Sequence record: NC_029103.1
Length of the DNA: 64,000 nt
Direction: 5' to 3' (one strand)
Made by a program: the position numbers and the translations under genes. Below, piece by piece: positions 34,486 to 44,817 of the stretch; within the stretch, counting starts at the first letter, position 1, and every line of letters starts with the position of its first letter. The notes beneath the pieces were generated by a model, which saw nothing but the letters and a program-made list of their open reading frames with translations, was not told the DNA's origin and ran no database searches.

Positions 34486-35054
34486 CAGAGACCGAGGGTT
34501 CTCCGTTTATTCATTGACGCCAGGTAGTCCTTCCTCGCAACACTAGCGAAAATAAAGTAATTATTGTAGGTAAACCCAACGGCACCGAATGTATCAAACT
34601 CCTTAGAATAGTTAGTAGGCTCAGAATCTTCAAACTTGTTAATGACGAAGTAATTCGATACATCGTTATAACGTTCCAAGATAAGCCAGATCCACCTTGG
34701 GAAGACGAAAAACTTCCTTTTAGCGTTCACGTTCATTTTTAGTATCTTCTCTCTCTTCCTCGCAAACTCTTGCGGAGAAATGTAAACTATTGCGAAATAG
34801 ACTATCCTGTCACTCGGGTTCCCTTGGTTTATCTGTGTAGTCATCTTATAGTATAATTTCAGGAAATCAATGGGTAAATCCATCATTACGGAAATACCGC
34901 TAGTTTCAGAATACATTATAGCTACATGTACACCGTTTTTCTCTATTATNTTCGTTTTTTTATCAATGCTGACAAGGGCTGGAGGCAAAAGTAATAATGC
35001 GTCGTAATTCTTATAGACTGTTGGTGATTGTTTTTTCTTCTTAAACAATAACAC
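34479..35054 (-). CDS. Hypothetical protein
   Basis: 191-aa ORF with GGAGGTG RBS. Confidence 0.6.
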   Translation of the reverse strand: MLLFKKKKQSPTVYKNYDALLLLPPALVSIDKKTXIIEKNGVHVAIMYSETSGISVMMDLPIDFLKLYYKMTTQINQGNPSDRIVYFAIVYISPQEFARKREKILKMNVNAKRKFFVFPRWIWLILERYNDVSNYFVINKFEDSEPTNYSKEFDTFGAVGFTYNNYFIFASVARKDYLASMNKRRTLGLWW

Positions 35055-35068
35055 GAGTATTACACCTC

Positions 35069-35452
35069 CTAAGGTATGAAATAGTCACCATCATTACTAC
35101 TACCAAAAATGTGCAACACGTCGACAGCGAACGCGTAAATAAAGTATGCTATAGATAGTCCGAGAATAGCGATACTGATGTATAGTAGTACGGCACCGTC
35201 GGTACTGTAAGGCGTAACTCTATATGTCACGTTGTACGGCGTAGTGTAGACCGGGTTATANGTTATGTATGGAGAAAGGTACANGGAAATNAGAGTNAAG
35301 CCTATGGAAAACGTCAAGAACGGCAGAGCGAGCCGTAGATGCGTCAAACTGCTGTTTCTTAGCAAGAATAGCTCAATTATAGTCAAAACGACGAACCCAC
35401 CTGCAACATCGACAAGGAAGACTTGAAGTATAAAAAAATGGAGGTAATGCAT
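35069..35452 (-). CDS. Three-TM membrane protein
   Basis: Hydrophobic helices. Confidence 0.6.
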   Translation of the reverse strand: MHYLHFFILQVFLVDVAGGFVVLTIIELFLLRNSSLTHLRLALPFLTFSIGXTXISXYLSPYIXYNPVYTTPYNVTYRVTPYSTDGAVLLYISIAILGLSIAYFIYAFAVDVLHIFGSSNDGDYFIP

Positions 35453-35492
35453 TTATTACAGTTGAATTTACTGCAGTCATATTTCCTCAACA

Positions 35493-35804
35493 TCACCACA
35501 GTAGTTCCTTTTCGTTTACGATTTCTTCAATTGTTTTACCGTTTCTGAGTCTTTTGGTGATTTCNCTCATNGCGTTAAGGAGTGCTATGCTCGTGTATGG
35601 AGGTTCTTTTACTTCTACTACTTCTCCGTCATCGTTAAGCTCCCAATACCCNTTCGCNAAAAGGTACATGAACGATAGCATCTCTGGGAAATCACTATCG
35701 TTCTTACTTTGAATTGTAGAAAGGGTCTCGAATGCCTTTTTTAGAACTTTACACTCCGGTTTCATGTCTTTAACCTTCTGCAAAAAAGGTTTAAAAACCA
35801 GCAA
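35493..35804 (-). CDS. Hypothetical protein
   Basis: ORF divergent from 35895, operator at 35820. Confidence 0.5.
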   Translation of the reverse strand: MLVFKPFLQKVKDMKPECKVLKKAFETLSTIQSKNDSDFPEMLSFMYLXAXGYWELNDDGEVVEVKEPPYTSIALLNXMXEITKRLRNGKTIEEIVNEKELLW

Positions 35805-35894
35805 GAAGGAATTCCTCTTAAACAGATGTTTGAAAGTTGACTTCCTCCCCCCGGGTCATTCGACTTTTTAAAGCTATCACGCGAAGAATCTAAC

Positions 35895-36479
35895 ATGGTA
35901 AACTCGAAAGTCAACATAGATAAATATTTCACAGTGCGTGTAGAAGGGTTCATGCCCCAAGATACACCGACCATTGGTGTGGCATACGTCGATTTCTACA
36001 CGAGAATCGACAGAGTCAAAAACGANAAATTTGCACACACGAACATATTATGCATAGGCATAGGTGACGGACATNANACTCTTTATATTTCTGCCGTTGT
36101 GGACAACGAATATATCAAGAAACACCGCGAAATAATGATGACGTCAAACCTTAACCTCTTCAAATTTGGGATATATTTCTTTTTTGATGACGGAAAAGGT
36201 AATAAGAAGGTCTACCTATTCTACGAACCGTTCGACCCAGCGACGTTAGAAAAGTTTGCAGAAATGAAAAACGACGAAGAGGCGATAAACTACTTCGACA
36301 CTAGGTTTCAGGGAAAATGCAGTAAACTAGCATGGGAAAGAGACGAAAAAGGTCTCAAAACGTTTTACTTCGTGTATAATGTCGAGGGCAAAGCTAAGGA
36401 ACTAGAGTTCAAAGAAGAGAACGGGAAAATAACAATAANAGGTTTTAANCAAACAACGAAGGAGAGTGGAACCAAATGA
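35895..36479 (+). CDS. Hypothetical protein
   Basis: 194-aa ORF overlapping the HAD gene. Confidence 0.6.
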   Translation: MVNSKVNIDKYFTVRVEGFMPQDTPTIGVAYVDFYTRIDRVKNXKFAHTNILCIGIGDGHXTLYISAVVDNEYIKKHREIMMTSNLNLFKFGIYFFFDDGKGNKKVYLFYEPFDPATLEKFAEMKNDEEAINYFDTRFQGKCSKLAWERDEKGLKTFYFVYNVEGKAKELEFKEENGKITIXGFXQTTKESGTK

Positions 36480-36970
36480 TGTTAGTCNTNGATCTNGACG
36501 GCACGCTTTTCGATACTTCNGCNAGGTGGAACGAATGCGAGAAGCTNGCNAACGGAAATAAACGTATGTTTTGGGAATGNTNNCAGTCNNCNAGGTTCAT
36601 GAANNTGGANAANCCAAAACGGGANGTTATCGAGTTCGTGAAACAGTTAGTGGAAGAGAAAAAACCCGAAGTAATAGCAGTGGTCAGCGGTCGTTCGGAA
36701 AAACAGCGTGAAGATACTCTCAAACAGCTGTCTAAGATAGGAATAAACCCCAACGAGGTCGTGCTGAGGAACGAAAAGGACTTCAGGAAAGATTATGAGT
36801 TTAAGAGAGATGCAATAAAGGGGCTAATGGAAAAATACGACCAGGGTAAGGTAATAATGATAGATGACAGTGACGCAGTGTTAGAATATCTGGAAAAAGA
36901 GGGGATAGAAGTAATTGATGCAAAAAAGATAGTGAAAAGAGAGAGAAAGGAGAATACGAATGCCTTGTAG
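36476..36970 (+). CDS. HAD-superfamily phosphatase (PNKP 3'-phosphatase-like)
   Basis: Motif I DxDGT, motif II VSGR, motif III K, motif IV MIDDS. Confidence 0.8.
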   Translation: MMLVXDXDGTLFDTXXRWNECEKXXNGNKRMFWEXXQXXRFMXXXXPKRXVIEFVKQLVEEKKPEVIAVVSGRSEKQREDTLKQLSKIGINPNEVVLRNEKDFRKDYEFKRDAIKGLMEKYDQGKVIMIDDSDAVLEYLEKEGIEVIDAKKIVKRERKENTNAL

Positions 36971-36978
36971 AGAAAAAA

Positions 36979-37773
36979 TTAGGAGGAGAGATCTGATTTA
37001 ATTTTATTTATGATGTGTGACGAAAGGTGGCACGGGTTTTTGTTGTACAGTATAACGTACTGTAAACAAATCGGTGATATATTGTATTTCAACGCTAATT
37101 TTTCTATTTCTTTCCTTGTTATTGTGCTATTTGTAGTCGTTGTACTTTTGTTCCATAAATTATAGTTCCACCAGTCAGCATCATCACAGTTATCTTTCTC
37201 GCCTAGCATCTTCTTGAAGTGGCATATTATTTTCCTTAGATCTGTTGGTAATTCTGATTCTTCTGATGTTGACGGAATGTTGTGAGTTTTTATAATATAT
37301 TTGTAGGAAGAATTAGCAACATTGATGAGCTTGCTGAGTAATAACAGACCTGATTGTGATATATCGTAATAGGATCTGTGCAACCATACTGAGAAGAAGA
37401 GGTAGGGTATTTTGGTGTTAGCGAGAGAATTAATAAACTTTTCTAGGCTTATCATGGAGATCAACGGAAATTTTTTTGTTATTGGATCTGCAATTTCAGC
37501 TTGCGGTAGTTGCTTCCTTATCTGGTCAAACCTACTGGGTCTCGTTATTATAAACAAAGGTGTCAGTAGCTCATTTCCTTCAAAATTAACAATACTGGTT
37601 AGTTCGATGTTATAAAAGTTGCTGTAAAACGATATTTCAATAGGTGTGATATATCCTTGTTGTACTAACCATCTGAATTTTTTAATCTCTGGCTCGAACT
37701 GTTCGCTCATTTCGGTCATCACCTCGAAATTTAGAACACATAGAACTTTCTCTGTATTGATGAATAGTGCCAA
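36979..37773 (-). CDS. Hypothetical protein
   Basis: 264-aa ORF. Confidence 0.6.
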   Translation of the reverse strand: MALFINTEKVLCVLNFEVMTEMSEQFEPEIKKFRWLVQQGYITPIEISFYSNFYNIELTSIVNFEGNELLTPLFIITRPSRFDQIRKQLPQAEIADPITKKFPLISMISLEKFINSLANTKIPYLFFSVWLHRSYYDISQSGLLLLSKLINVANSSYKYIIKTHNIPSTSEESELPTDLRKIICHFKKMLGEKDNCDDADWWNYNLWNKSTTTTNSTITRKEIEKLALKYNISPICLQYVILYNKNPCHLSSHIINKIKSDLSS

Positions 37774-38294
37774 AGCCTTCCGAATCCTGCCAACTGCGAT
37801 AACTGTACTACAAGCTCGTACGGTAGCCCAGAAATATAGACTCCTCCTTGTTTTAGTAACAATTTAATTTTCTCGAATTCGTTTAATTCTATAGTAATCA
37901 CTTCGGTATCGTTGTATTTTTTACTTAATAATTCTAGGGCATACTTTGCTAGAAATAATGGTGATTTCTCATCTGCACTAAGTACTTCTTTCGTCGTTAT
38001 GAAGTACTTTAGTGATATCGTATGACGTAAAACTAAAATCGCCCCTATAATTCCCCCTGCCCCGCTAATTGCTATAGAGGCAGGAGGGGAGATTTTGATA
38101 TCTGTAACTAATTGATTGTAAACAAACTCTACTGGCATTTGTGGTGCATCGTTGATATGGCTTAGTGCAAAATCGACATGTTGTTTCTCTATCCTGGGAG
38201 ACTTTAATATAACCTCCCAGGATAATGTTTGGCTAGTTGTTTGATTTGTAGAATTAGGATTTGATTTAACTTGTGGTTGTTGTGGAGTGGTCAT
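37731..38294 (-). CDS. Hypothetical protein under a CTAAC-type promoter
   Basis: 187-aa ORF; promoter at 38325-38353. Confidence 0.65.
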   Translation of the reverse strand: MTTPQQPQVKSNPNSTNQTTSQTLSWEVILKSPRIEKQHVDFALSHINDAPQMPVEFVYNQLVTDIKISPPASIAISGAGGIIGAILVLRHTISLKYFITTKEVLSADEKSPLFLAKYALELLSKKYNDTEVITIELNEFEKIKLLLKQGGVYISGLPYELVVQLSQLAGFGRLWHYSSIQRKFYVF

Positions 38295-38440
38295 ATTTGG
38301 TCAATCATATGTATGCCAACGAGAATATTTAAGTTTTCTGCATAACCCGTTAGGAGGAAAAGCGGGTTGAGGTGTGTGGTGAGGAGAGAGGAAATAAGAC
38401 CTCAAACAGTTGTTTGAGAGAAAGAGGGAATAAAAAAGAA

Positions 38441-38893
38441 CTAGCAAACTTCAGCAGTTGATCTAATTTTAATTATATACCTGCCAGAAGACAGTTTTTT
38501 AGAATATATTTCGTAATACACTGTACACCAACCAACGTATTCGTTATGATAATCCCTACCTTCAATTAACAACTTTAGTTCTTGTAATGCCTTATCCTTC
38601 AATGTCTTTGCTTTCTTCTTCTTTTTGTTTTCCCACATTACTTCTAATTCATAACCAAGATCGGGGTCTGGGTCATGTTCAAACGTATAGTGCATGTCAA
38701 GTTCTTCATAACTTTCAGCGATAAAACCACAAAGTTTGCAAAAATACAATTTGTTTTCTTCTTGAATTTTATTTTTCTTCTGAGTAGTGCTACTTCCCAT
38801 GGTTTTCGCCACTATAGTATTCGTTATGGGAATATATAAAATTTCTGCCAAACAAGTTAGGCAGTAAATGTTAGAACAAACGTGGTAAAACAA
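38441..38893 (-). CDS. C2H2 zinc-finger protein (true start probably about 38800)
   Basis: FCKLCGFIAESYEELDMHYTFEH. Confidence 0.65.
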   Translation of the reverse strand: MFYHVCSNIYCLTCLAEILYIPITNTIVAKTMGSSTTQKKNKIQEENKLYFCKLCGFIAESYEELDMHYTFEHDPDPDLGYELEVMWENKKKKKAKTLKDKALQELKLLIEGRDYHNEYVGWCTVYYEIYSKKLSSGRYIIKIRSTAEVC

Positions 38894-39004
38894 ACGACAA
38901 GTCTTATATCTCTCAGGACGCGGAGCAGGTCGAGGGCTGGGTACGGCGAGACAACTCTACAACAGCTGTTTGAGAGGGCAATAAAAATAAAAACGGGCTG
39001 GCTT

Positions 39005-39193
39005 TTAGCTTGTGAGCGAGTACAGTTTGTACAAATACATCTGGATTTTTTGCACAACAAAATATGCTTTCCCTAGCTTCTCCTTATCCAGATTACCTTT
39101 CGTCATAATCTCATTCATAAGCTCTTCCAACTCACTGAAATCGTCTTTTAACATTTCCGTGATTTTTTGTGCCAATATTTCATCCATATTCAT
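39005..39193 (-). CDS. Small helical protein under a CTAAC-type promoter
   Basis: 62-aa ORF; promoter at 39218-39246. Confidence 0.65.
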   Translation of the reverse strand: MNMDEILAQKITEMLKDDFSELEELMNEIMTKGNLDKEKLGKAYFVVQKIQMYLYKLYSLTS

Positions 39194-39338
39194 GGCACTT
39201 AATTACTGGTAAGTCTGGTATTTAAAATTTCTGCTCAACAAGTTAGACAGAATCGACGAGCTGTGTACACTGAAAACAACTCTAAAACAGCTGTTGTTTA
39301 AAATCGGATTAAAAGAGAAGGAGAAGGGAAAAAAAGAA

Positions 39339-39533
39339 TTATTGATTTTGCGGTTGTTGACTTTGGTTCTGCTTGGGTTTGAAAAAGATTATCTTGTTCT
39401 CTGGATCCAAGACTGGCTCATAATCGAGTAAAAAAACAGCAGATTTTCCTGGCACTGAAATGTAGTATATCGGATATACTTTACCGTTTTTCTTCGTTGT
39501 TTTAACCCTCCATCTTAACTTTACCTCGACCAT
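39339..39533 (-). CDS. Small basic protein, possible swapped-hairpin (AbrB-like) DNA binder
   Basis: KKNGKVYPIYYISVP pattern; GGTGAAAAT RBS. Confidence 0.5.
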   Translation of the reverse strand: MVEVKLRWRVKTTKKNGKVYPIYYISVPGKSAVFLLDYEPVLDPENKIIFFKPKQNQSQQPQNQ

Positions 39534-39587
39534 ATTTTCACCTATTATATAATATGAATTATATGCTTAAAAAGGTAGTCAAGATAG

Positions 39588-40316
39588 TTAGGTAGAAAGT
39601 TTACGCAAAATATCCAGGGCGTCTTTCGTTTGTGTGTACTGTATAATTCTTTCTAACTTCCTATGTCCGGTTATCTTCGCGATAAGTGCTGGGTCTGTAG
39701 CATTTTTTGCCAGGAAGGAAATCAGTGCATATCGCAACGAATGTGTGTTGCACTTCAGGTATTTCAGTGCGAACATCCTTATTCTTGCTTCCAGTTTATC
39801 GTCATTGATGGTCAGTACTGATTTGTAAGCTAGTCTGTTCCTGATGACATCGGGGATAATGAAGAACCTCGTGTTGCCGTGCTTTTCTGCTTGCAGTTGA
39901 AACTCTCTTTGCCCCGATTCCGCAAACGTCTTAAATGCCCTAATTGCCTCACCTATCCTAGCACCGTTTAACAGCTGTATGAGCAGAATGGCAACGTACG
40001 CCTCGTAGGGCATCAAGTTCAAATCAAACAGCTGTTTGTACGCAGACGTGAGGACTTTCTTGGCTTCGAGGAAATCTACGCTGTAGTCCCAAGTATGCTC
40101 TATCTTCTTCTTGCCGAGCGGTCTCAGAATTCTCTTGAGTACCTCACTTTCCTCTCTCTTTCCTTTCTTCTTCTCCTCCTTCAGTCCTAGTTTTACAGCT
40201 ATCATATCAACGATATCCTTCCATCCCTTTTCCTTAGCTTCTTTAAGGTACTCCAAAAGCTTAGGGGAGTTGTCGGGAAGGTTTAGAATAATTTGCTTAA
40301 GTTCGTCTTTGTCCAT
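39588..40316 (-). CDS. Tyrosine recombinase/integrase (Xer-like, not the SSV partitioning type)
   Basis: Catalytic residues NGAR, K, HSLR, TGH and QY are all present. Confidence 0.92.
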   Translation of the reverse strand: MDKDELKQIILNLPDNSPKLLEYLKEAKEKGWKDIVDMIAVKLGLKEEKKKGKREESEVLKRILRPLGKKKIEHTWDYSVDFLEAKKVLTSAYKQLFDLNLMPYEAYVAILLIQLLNGARIGEAIRAFKTFAESGQREFQLQAEKHGNTRFFIIPDVIRNRLAYKSVLTINDDKLEARIRMFALKYLKCNTHSLRYALISFLAKNATDPALIAKITGHRKLERIIQYTQTKDALDILRKLST

Positions 40317-40442
40317 TTATTTCACCCTGTTACTATCAAAAATTGAATTTTGTTTTTATCGGGTTGACTTAATTCTCCCTTATCTTCCATTTCGCTTTCC
40401 CTCATATTATCCTCTCAAACAGAAGTTTAAAAACCCCGAGGG

Positions 40443-40468
40443 ATTTCGCTTTGAGCCGAAAGCGAAAT
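40443..40468. other. Candidate tyrosine-recombinase core site (10-6-10 inverted repeat)
   Basis: ATTTCGCTTT-gagccg-AAAGCGAAAT; an extra half-site lies at 40389-40398. Confidence 0.5.
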
Positions 40469-40509
40469 GTTTTTAATACTACCTTCCTATTTTTTACATG
40501 GGGAAATAG

Positions 40510-41196
40510 ATGAAAATATTAAAGAGCGAATTGTTAGGAATTGAAGAAAATGATAATAAGTTAAAAATAACATTCAAAACCACTTCTAGCGAACCATTAG
40601 TATTTAGATTTAAGAATGAGATATTCGGAATTGCGGAAAATGTGGACATTTATGAAATTACTTTTGACGTGTTTCCAGTGATCATGCTTGATTATACTAT
40701 GAAAAATGCATTTACAGAAAGATTCAAAAGAATGACGACTGACAAATACATTATAAATGTAGACACAATCGGTGATTTTAACGACTTCGACGAATTCAAA
40801 AACTTCTTGGTTAGATATCCATCGTATGTACGTTTTTTAGAACTAGTATACCGCATTTTTAACATGAAACCATGGTTATTTCCTCTGTATATTTCAACAT
40901 TTTCGTACAAACATTATATAAATTTAAATCAGCATGAAAATCAGCATGAGCATGAAATAGAAATAACAATAGAAAAGATAAGTATCAGCAATATCTTCAA
41001 GAAGTTTCATGTTAACAATAAAATATCAATGAAATTGCTAGACAAAAATGGTTATTTGTTGTTATCAATCAATAATACACCTTTTATCGATTTAGGTCAT
41101 ACTATAATGTATAATGATCTTATTAAAATATTAGAAGAAAGACCGAAAGCGATAATAAATATATTAATAATGCTAATATTAACTCTTGCAGATTGA
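40510..41196 (+). CDS. Hypothetical AT-rich protein
   Basis: 228-aa ORF with GGGG RBS. Confidence 0.6.
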   Translation: MKILKSELLGIEENDNKLKITFKTTSSEPLVFRFKNEIFGIAENVDIYEITFDVFPVIMLDYTMKNAFTERFKRMTTDKYIINVDTIGDFNDFDEFKNFLVRYPSYVRFLELVYRIFNMKPWLFPLYISTFSYKHYINLNQHENQHEHEIEITIEKISISNIFKKFHVNNKISMKLLDKNGYLLLSINNTPFIDLGHTIMYNDLIKILEERPKAIINILIMLILTLAD

Positions 41197-41474
41197 CGTA
41201 TTTAATTATGAACTCCTCAAAAGTTTTTTCTCCCTGACCTATTTTCTCCCCTTAAACGAGCTGAATATTGTTACAGCTTGGTGGAGCTACATGTCAACTT
41301 CTTAAGGAGCTTTAACAGCTTTTTTAAGAATTTGTATTCCTTCCCGTCATTGCCCATCATACTTCTTATTGTGACGGTCAGTGGGAAAATAGTCATTTTC
41401 TTTTCTAACAGCTGTTCATTTATATGTTAGTTTGTTGATTATTTATTTAGAGTGAATTTGGAAAAGGTGGTAAT

Positions 41475-42125
41475 ATGACCCCACTCAATATAAACCTCAA
41501 TATAAATCCACTCACAGGGGTCGAAATAATAATAACGCTACTTTTAGCAATAGCCACATACGATGTATATACTAAAGTAAAAACAACAAAAACAAAACAT
41601 TTACACGAGATATTAAGTCTTGAAGCAATTGCAATAAAATCAACAATTATAGACATGTCACGGTTTGCTCTATTATGGGTAGCCATGATCTTATCATTAA
41701 TTAGTATAATATGGTCTACTAAGTTATCTATAGTGTTCGTAGCAGACTCGCTACAAAGTCCTTTATCTACTGGCATTGAAATCGCCCTTTTCCTGCTTTT
41801 ATTTGTTAATGTCACATTCATCCGTTATTTCTTTAACAAATACGGAGCCGTCTACAAATTGCCACTCGCATTTTTAGTGAGAAATAATATTAAACAGTTC
41901 CTAGCTAAACGTCCAGAAATGGTTATAACACTAATGGCTTTTCCTATAGCATACGCCATAACAATTATCTACCTTTTGACGCTACTCATAAATGCTCCAT
42001 CACTTTTATCAAAAGAGGTTGTAGGTATAGTCACTGTACTTCTGCTCATTGAGGTTCTACCTAACAAAAAATATGATAACGCTATTAATCTTGTAGAAAA
42101 AATTTGGAGTATAAGAATGAAGTGA
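41475..42125 (+). CDS. Multi-TM membrane protein, paralog family C (copy 1)
   Basis: YFFNKYGAVYKLP and NKKYDN motifs shared with 44944-45639. Confidence 0.7.
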   Translation: MTPLNINLNINPLTGVEIIITLLLAIATYDVYTKVKTTKTKHLHEILSLEAIAIKSTIIDMSRFALLWVAMILSLISIIWSTKLSIVFVADSLQSPLSTGIEIALFLLLFVNVTFIRYFFNKYGAVYKLPLAFLVRNNIKQFLAKRPEMVITLMAFPIAYAITIIYLLTLLINAPSLLSKEVVGIVTVLLLIEVLPNKKYDNAINLVEKIWSIRMK

Positions 42126-42296
42126 AATAATTTTTCTTTACTTTCTTTTTGGTCTCTATTTTCTGTGATACTCATATTATTTCTTTTCCCCTCCCCGTTT
42201 CTTTCTCCTCGGCTTCTTTCGTGTTGTCGATAATTTCAAACAGCTGTTTAAAAGCTTAAATATTCGCCTACCGAATGTTGTTGTAAGGGTCGAAAA

Positions 42297-42713
42297 ATGA
42301 TGGAAGAGTTAATGGAAAAAATTAAAGAATTCCTAGATGGAAAGAACGCAGAATATAATATAGGTCAGCCAGAAGAAACTGTAAATGACACGACATTAGT
42401 AGAAATTAAGTTGGGGAAACCTATAGAGTTAACAGAAAACGAATACGAAAAGTTAAGCGATCTTCTAAGGTTCTTAGGTTTTCGTCCTACTGACATATGG
42501 GAAAACCGGGTAAATGATTCCTTGAATTATAGAAGTTATAAAGGCGTTGACGAGTTCCTAGACAAGAACAACGACCAGGTGCGTATATATTATACTAAAG
42601 TTTCAACAGGTGACGAAACTACATATTTTGTTAATAAGATAGAGTTTGAGACTGAGGAAAATATACAGAAATATTTTAATGAGCTAAAGAAATATGTGAA
42701 CGAACTTTTCTAA
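42297..42713 (+). CDS. Small acidic alpha/beta protein (weak AcrID1-like pattern)
   Basis: Operator and TATA upstream; IELTENEYEKL pattern. Confidence 0.65.
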   Translation: MMEELMEKIKEFLDGKNAEYNIGQPEETVNDTTLVEIKLGKPIELTENEYEKLSDLLRFLGFRPTDIWENRVNDSLNYRSYKGVDEFLDKNNDQVRIYYTKVSTGDETTYFVNKIEFETEENIQKYFNELKKYVNELF

Positions 42714-42842
42714 TCTAAGCTAATTTTTCGTTTCTCTACACTGTCCTTAACCCCACCTGGGTCTGCTTCTTGCAGACTGACAGTACCCTCAAACATCTGT
42801 TTTATTTAAATACTAGCACCTATAATACTTTATTGAGGAAGG

Positions 42843-43535
42843 ATGGTTAAGGCTTGGTTTGACCAGTTAGATTTTGATGTGATAGAAGATATAGAATACA
42901 CTCGCGACGGAAAACCTGTAAAACCCTACGTGTCCTCATTTCATATTGTTACAAAGGTTCGATACGACGGTAAATACAAAGAATTAGATGTTATGGTCTT
43001 TCCGCAAAAGAATAAGATATTGATAGGATATCTGAAGGACGGTGAGTTTGAGGTCGTTGACGCAAAACTCTATGATTCAAGTGTTGGAATGGTGTTTGAT
43101 GACCTGCTTGACACACTTACCCCAATTACTAAAACAGTTCAAGAGAAAATACAGGAGGAAATTCAAGAGCTTAGTAACAATCCTGATAATGACGTATTGC
43201 CTAATATAACGCAGACCTTAAGGGTATACGGGACGATATTTAATGAAAATCCTTACGGTGAATATGTAGGTAATGTCACTATCAAACAGTATGTAGGCAC
43301 CAGCGTTGAGACGGAGCATAAAGTTGCTGAAGAATCGTTTGAGGTGAAAAAATCAAGTGATGGGGAACTAGAAGCAGTAGAATATGATCACGGGAAAGAG
43401 ATATTCAATCCAGTTTACCAGGAGATGTTAGACACCTTAATTCCCTCTAAAAGCGAGTTCGAAGATCTTATTGGACTTATAAAGCAGGCGATAAGGGAGG
43501 GTAAAGCTGAATATGATGATAAGAACCTAATTTAG
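42843..43535 (+). CDS. Acidic protein, paralog family B (copy 1)
   Basis: Shares KPY.S.F, YGTI, KKSSDGEL.AVE and Y..ML...IPSK.EFEDL with the next gene. Confidence 0.75.
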   Translation: MVKAWFDQLDFDVIEDIEYTRDGKPVKPYVSSFHIVTKVRYDGKYKELDVMVFPQKNKILIGYLKDGEFEVVDAKLYDSSVGMVFDDLLDTLTPITKTVQEKIQEEIQELSNNPDNDVLPNITQTLRVYGTIFNENPYGEYVGNVTIKQYVGTSVETEHKVAEESFEVKKSSDGELEAVEYDHGKEIFNPVYQEMLDTLIPSKSEFEDLIGLIKQAIREGKAEYDDKNLI

Positions 43536-43594
43536 CCTCTAAAACAGCTGTTTAAGTTAAATATTAGGACGAATAATATTTTTCCCGAGGGAAT

Positions 43595-44431
43595 ATGACA
43601 AAACACTGGCTGGAGATCTTCGATATAAAACCCTGGTTTGAGGCTTTCGACTTCCATATAAAAGTAAATATTAGGTATACAAACGAGGAAGGGCAGATCA
43701 AGCCATACTTGTCAGCATTTTCCGTTAGCCTTGACGCACTTTATCCTCACTTACAAACTATAACAATCGCGGTTTTTCCACAGAGCGATAAGTTAGAACT
43801 ACTATATGGAAATTCATACAATTACGTCATTGCTAAAGTACCTATCGAATATGCCGGACTGACATCCCATTTTATGCCGGTCGAAGAGACGCTCGACCAT
43901 ATAAATCTACCGGACTATGTGAAGGACTATTTGAAGAGAGTGTTGAAGCTAATACTGGACAAATTCTATGTCCGTGATGATCCGTTGAAGTTTCTTTCCG
44001 CTCTTAACCAGGGTGACACAAATGCTCTTGACGAACTGCATAAACTAATACAGACTATACATATTTATGGAACGATATATGACAAAGGGGACAATCGGAA
44101 AGACATAGGTAAGGTCAGTATTTACGATTATTTCGCTATCAATGGTAAAACAGAATACAACGATATTTACGATTATTTCGACAGCGTCGACTACGATGAA
44201 GCTGAACAATATGTCACTAAAAAATCATTTGTGATACAAAAATCAAGTGATGGGGAACTAACGGCAGTTGAAAAAGTCGGTGACAGAGAACTGTTCAATC
44301 CGACTTACCAGACAATGTTAAGTGTTATAATCCCCTCTAAGACGGAGTTTGAAGACCTTGTTCAATTCGTAAAGGATGTGATAAAGGAGAAAGGCGAAGC
44401 GGAATACGGTGATAAGAATGCAGTTCTCTAA
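43595..44431 (+). CDS. Acidic protein, paralog family B (copy 2)
   Basis: Tandem paralog; nucleotide identity in the 3' half. Confidence 0.75.
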   Translation: MTKHWLEIFDIKPWFEAFDFHIKVNIRYTNEEGQIKPYLSAFSVSLDALYPHLQTITIAVFPQSDKLELLYGNSYNYVIAKVPIEYAGLTSHFMPVEETLDHINLPDYVKDYLKRVLKLILDKFYVRDDPLKFLSALNQGDTNALDELHKLIQTIHIYGTIYDKGDNRKDIGKVSIYDYFAINGKTEYNDIYDYFDSVDYDEAEQYVTKKSFVIQKSSDGELTAVEKVGDRELFNPTYQTMLSVIIPSKTEFEDLVQFVKDVIKEKGEAEYGDKNAVL

Positions 44432-44511
44432 AAACAGATGTTTAAGTTAAAATTGGGTCGTTCACTGCTCCACGTCTTCTATTTAAAAACAAACTGGTAG
44501 AAGGTAATGAT

Positions 44512-44817
44512 ATGGGAATATTAGAAGAAGTCCAAAACGCACTATCCTACTACCAGAGGACTGCCGTCGATGAAAACGACACATTATACCTGCATAACAT
44601 ATATTCCCAACTATACTACATTCTATCAGTAGAGAATAGACCTCTGAATAGTGACGAATTCGACAATCTATTGAAAGCGTTAGGGATAAACGATACCACG
44701 ATGTTAGTCCAAGAGTACCAGAACCTATCCGAAGACCAGAAAAAGCAACTGTTGATGCAAATACTGGGAATGATAGAGAACGTTATGAGAAATATACACA
44801 CTATGACTAACTACTAA
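44512..44817 (+). CDS. Small acidic helical protein
   Basis: 101-aa ORF with GAAGGT RBS. Confidence 0.65.
   Translation: MGILEEVQNALSYYQRTAVDENDTLYLHNIYSQLYYILSVENRPLNSDEFDNLLKALGINDTTMLVQEYQNLSEDQKKQLLMQILGMIENVMRNIHTMTNY

Noticed and set aside
7355-36733. Operator-like hits inside genes (7355, 10757, 22600, 23347, 27333, 36722)
   Set aside because: Mostly partial matches explainable by Gln-Leu codons (CAACAGCTG, AAACAACTG); not counted as regulatory without evidence.
41280-41400. 41-codon minus-strand ORF (MTIFPLTV...) below an operator variant at 41406
   Set aside because: Too short and lacking recognisable motifs; cannot be supported.
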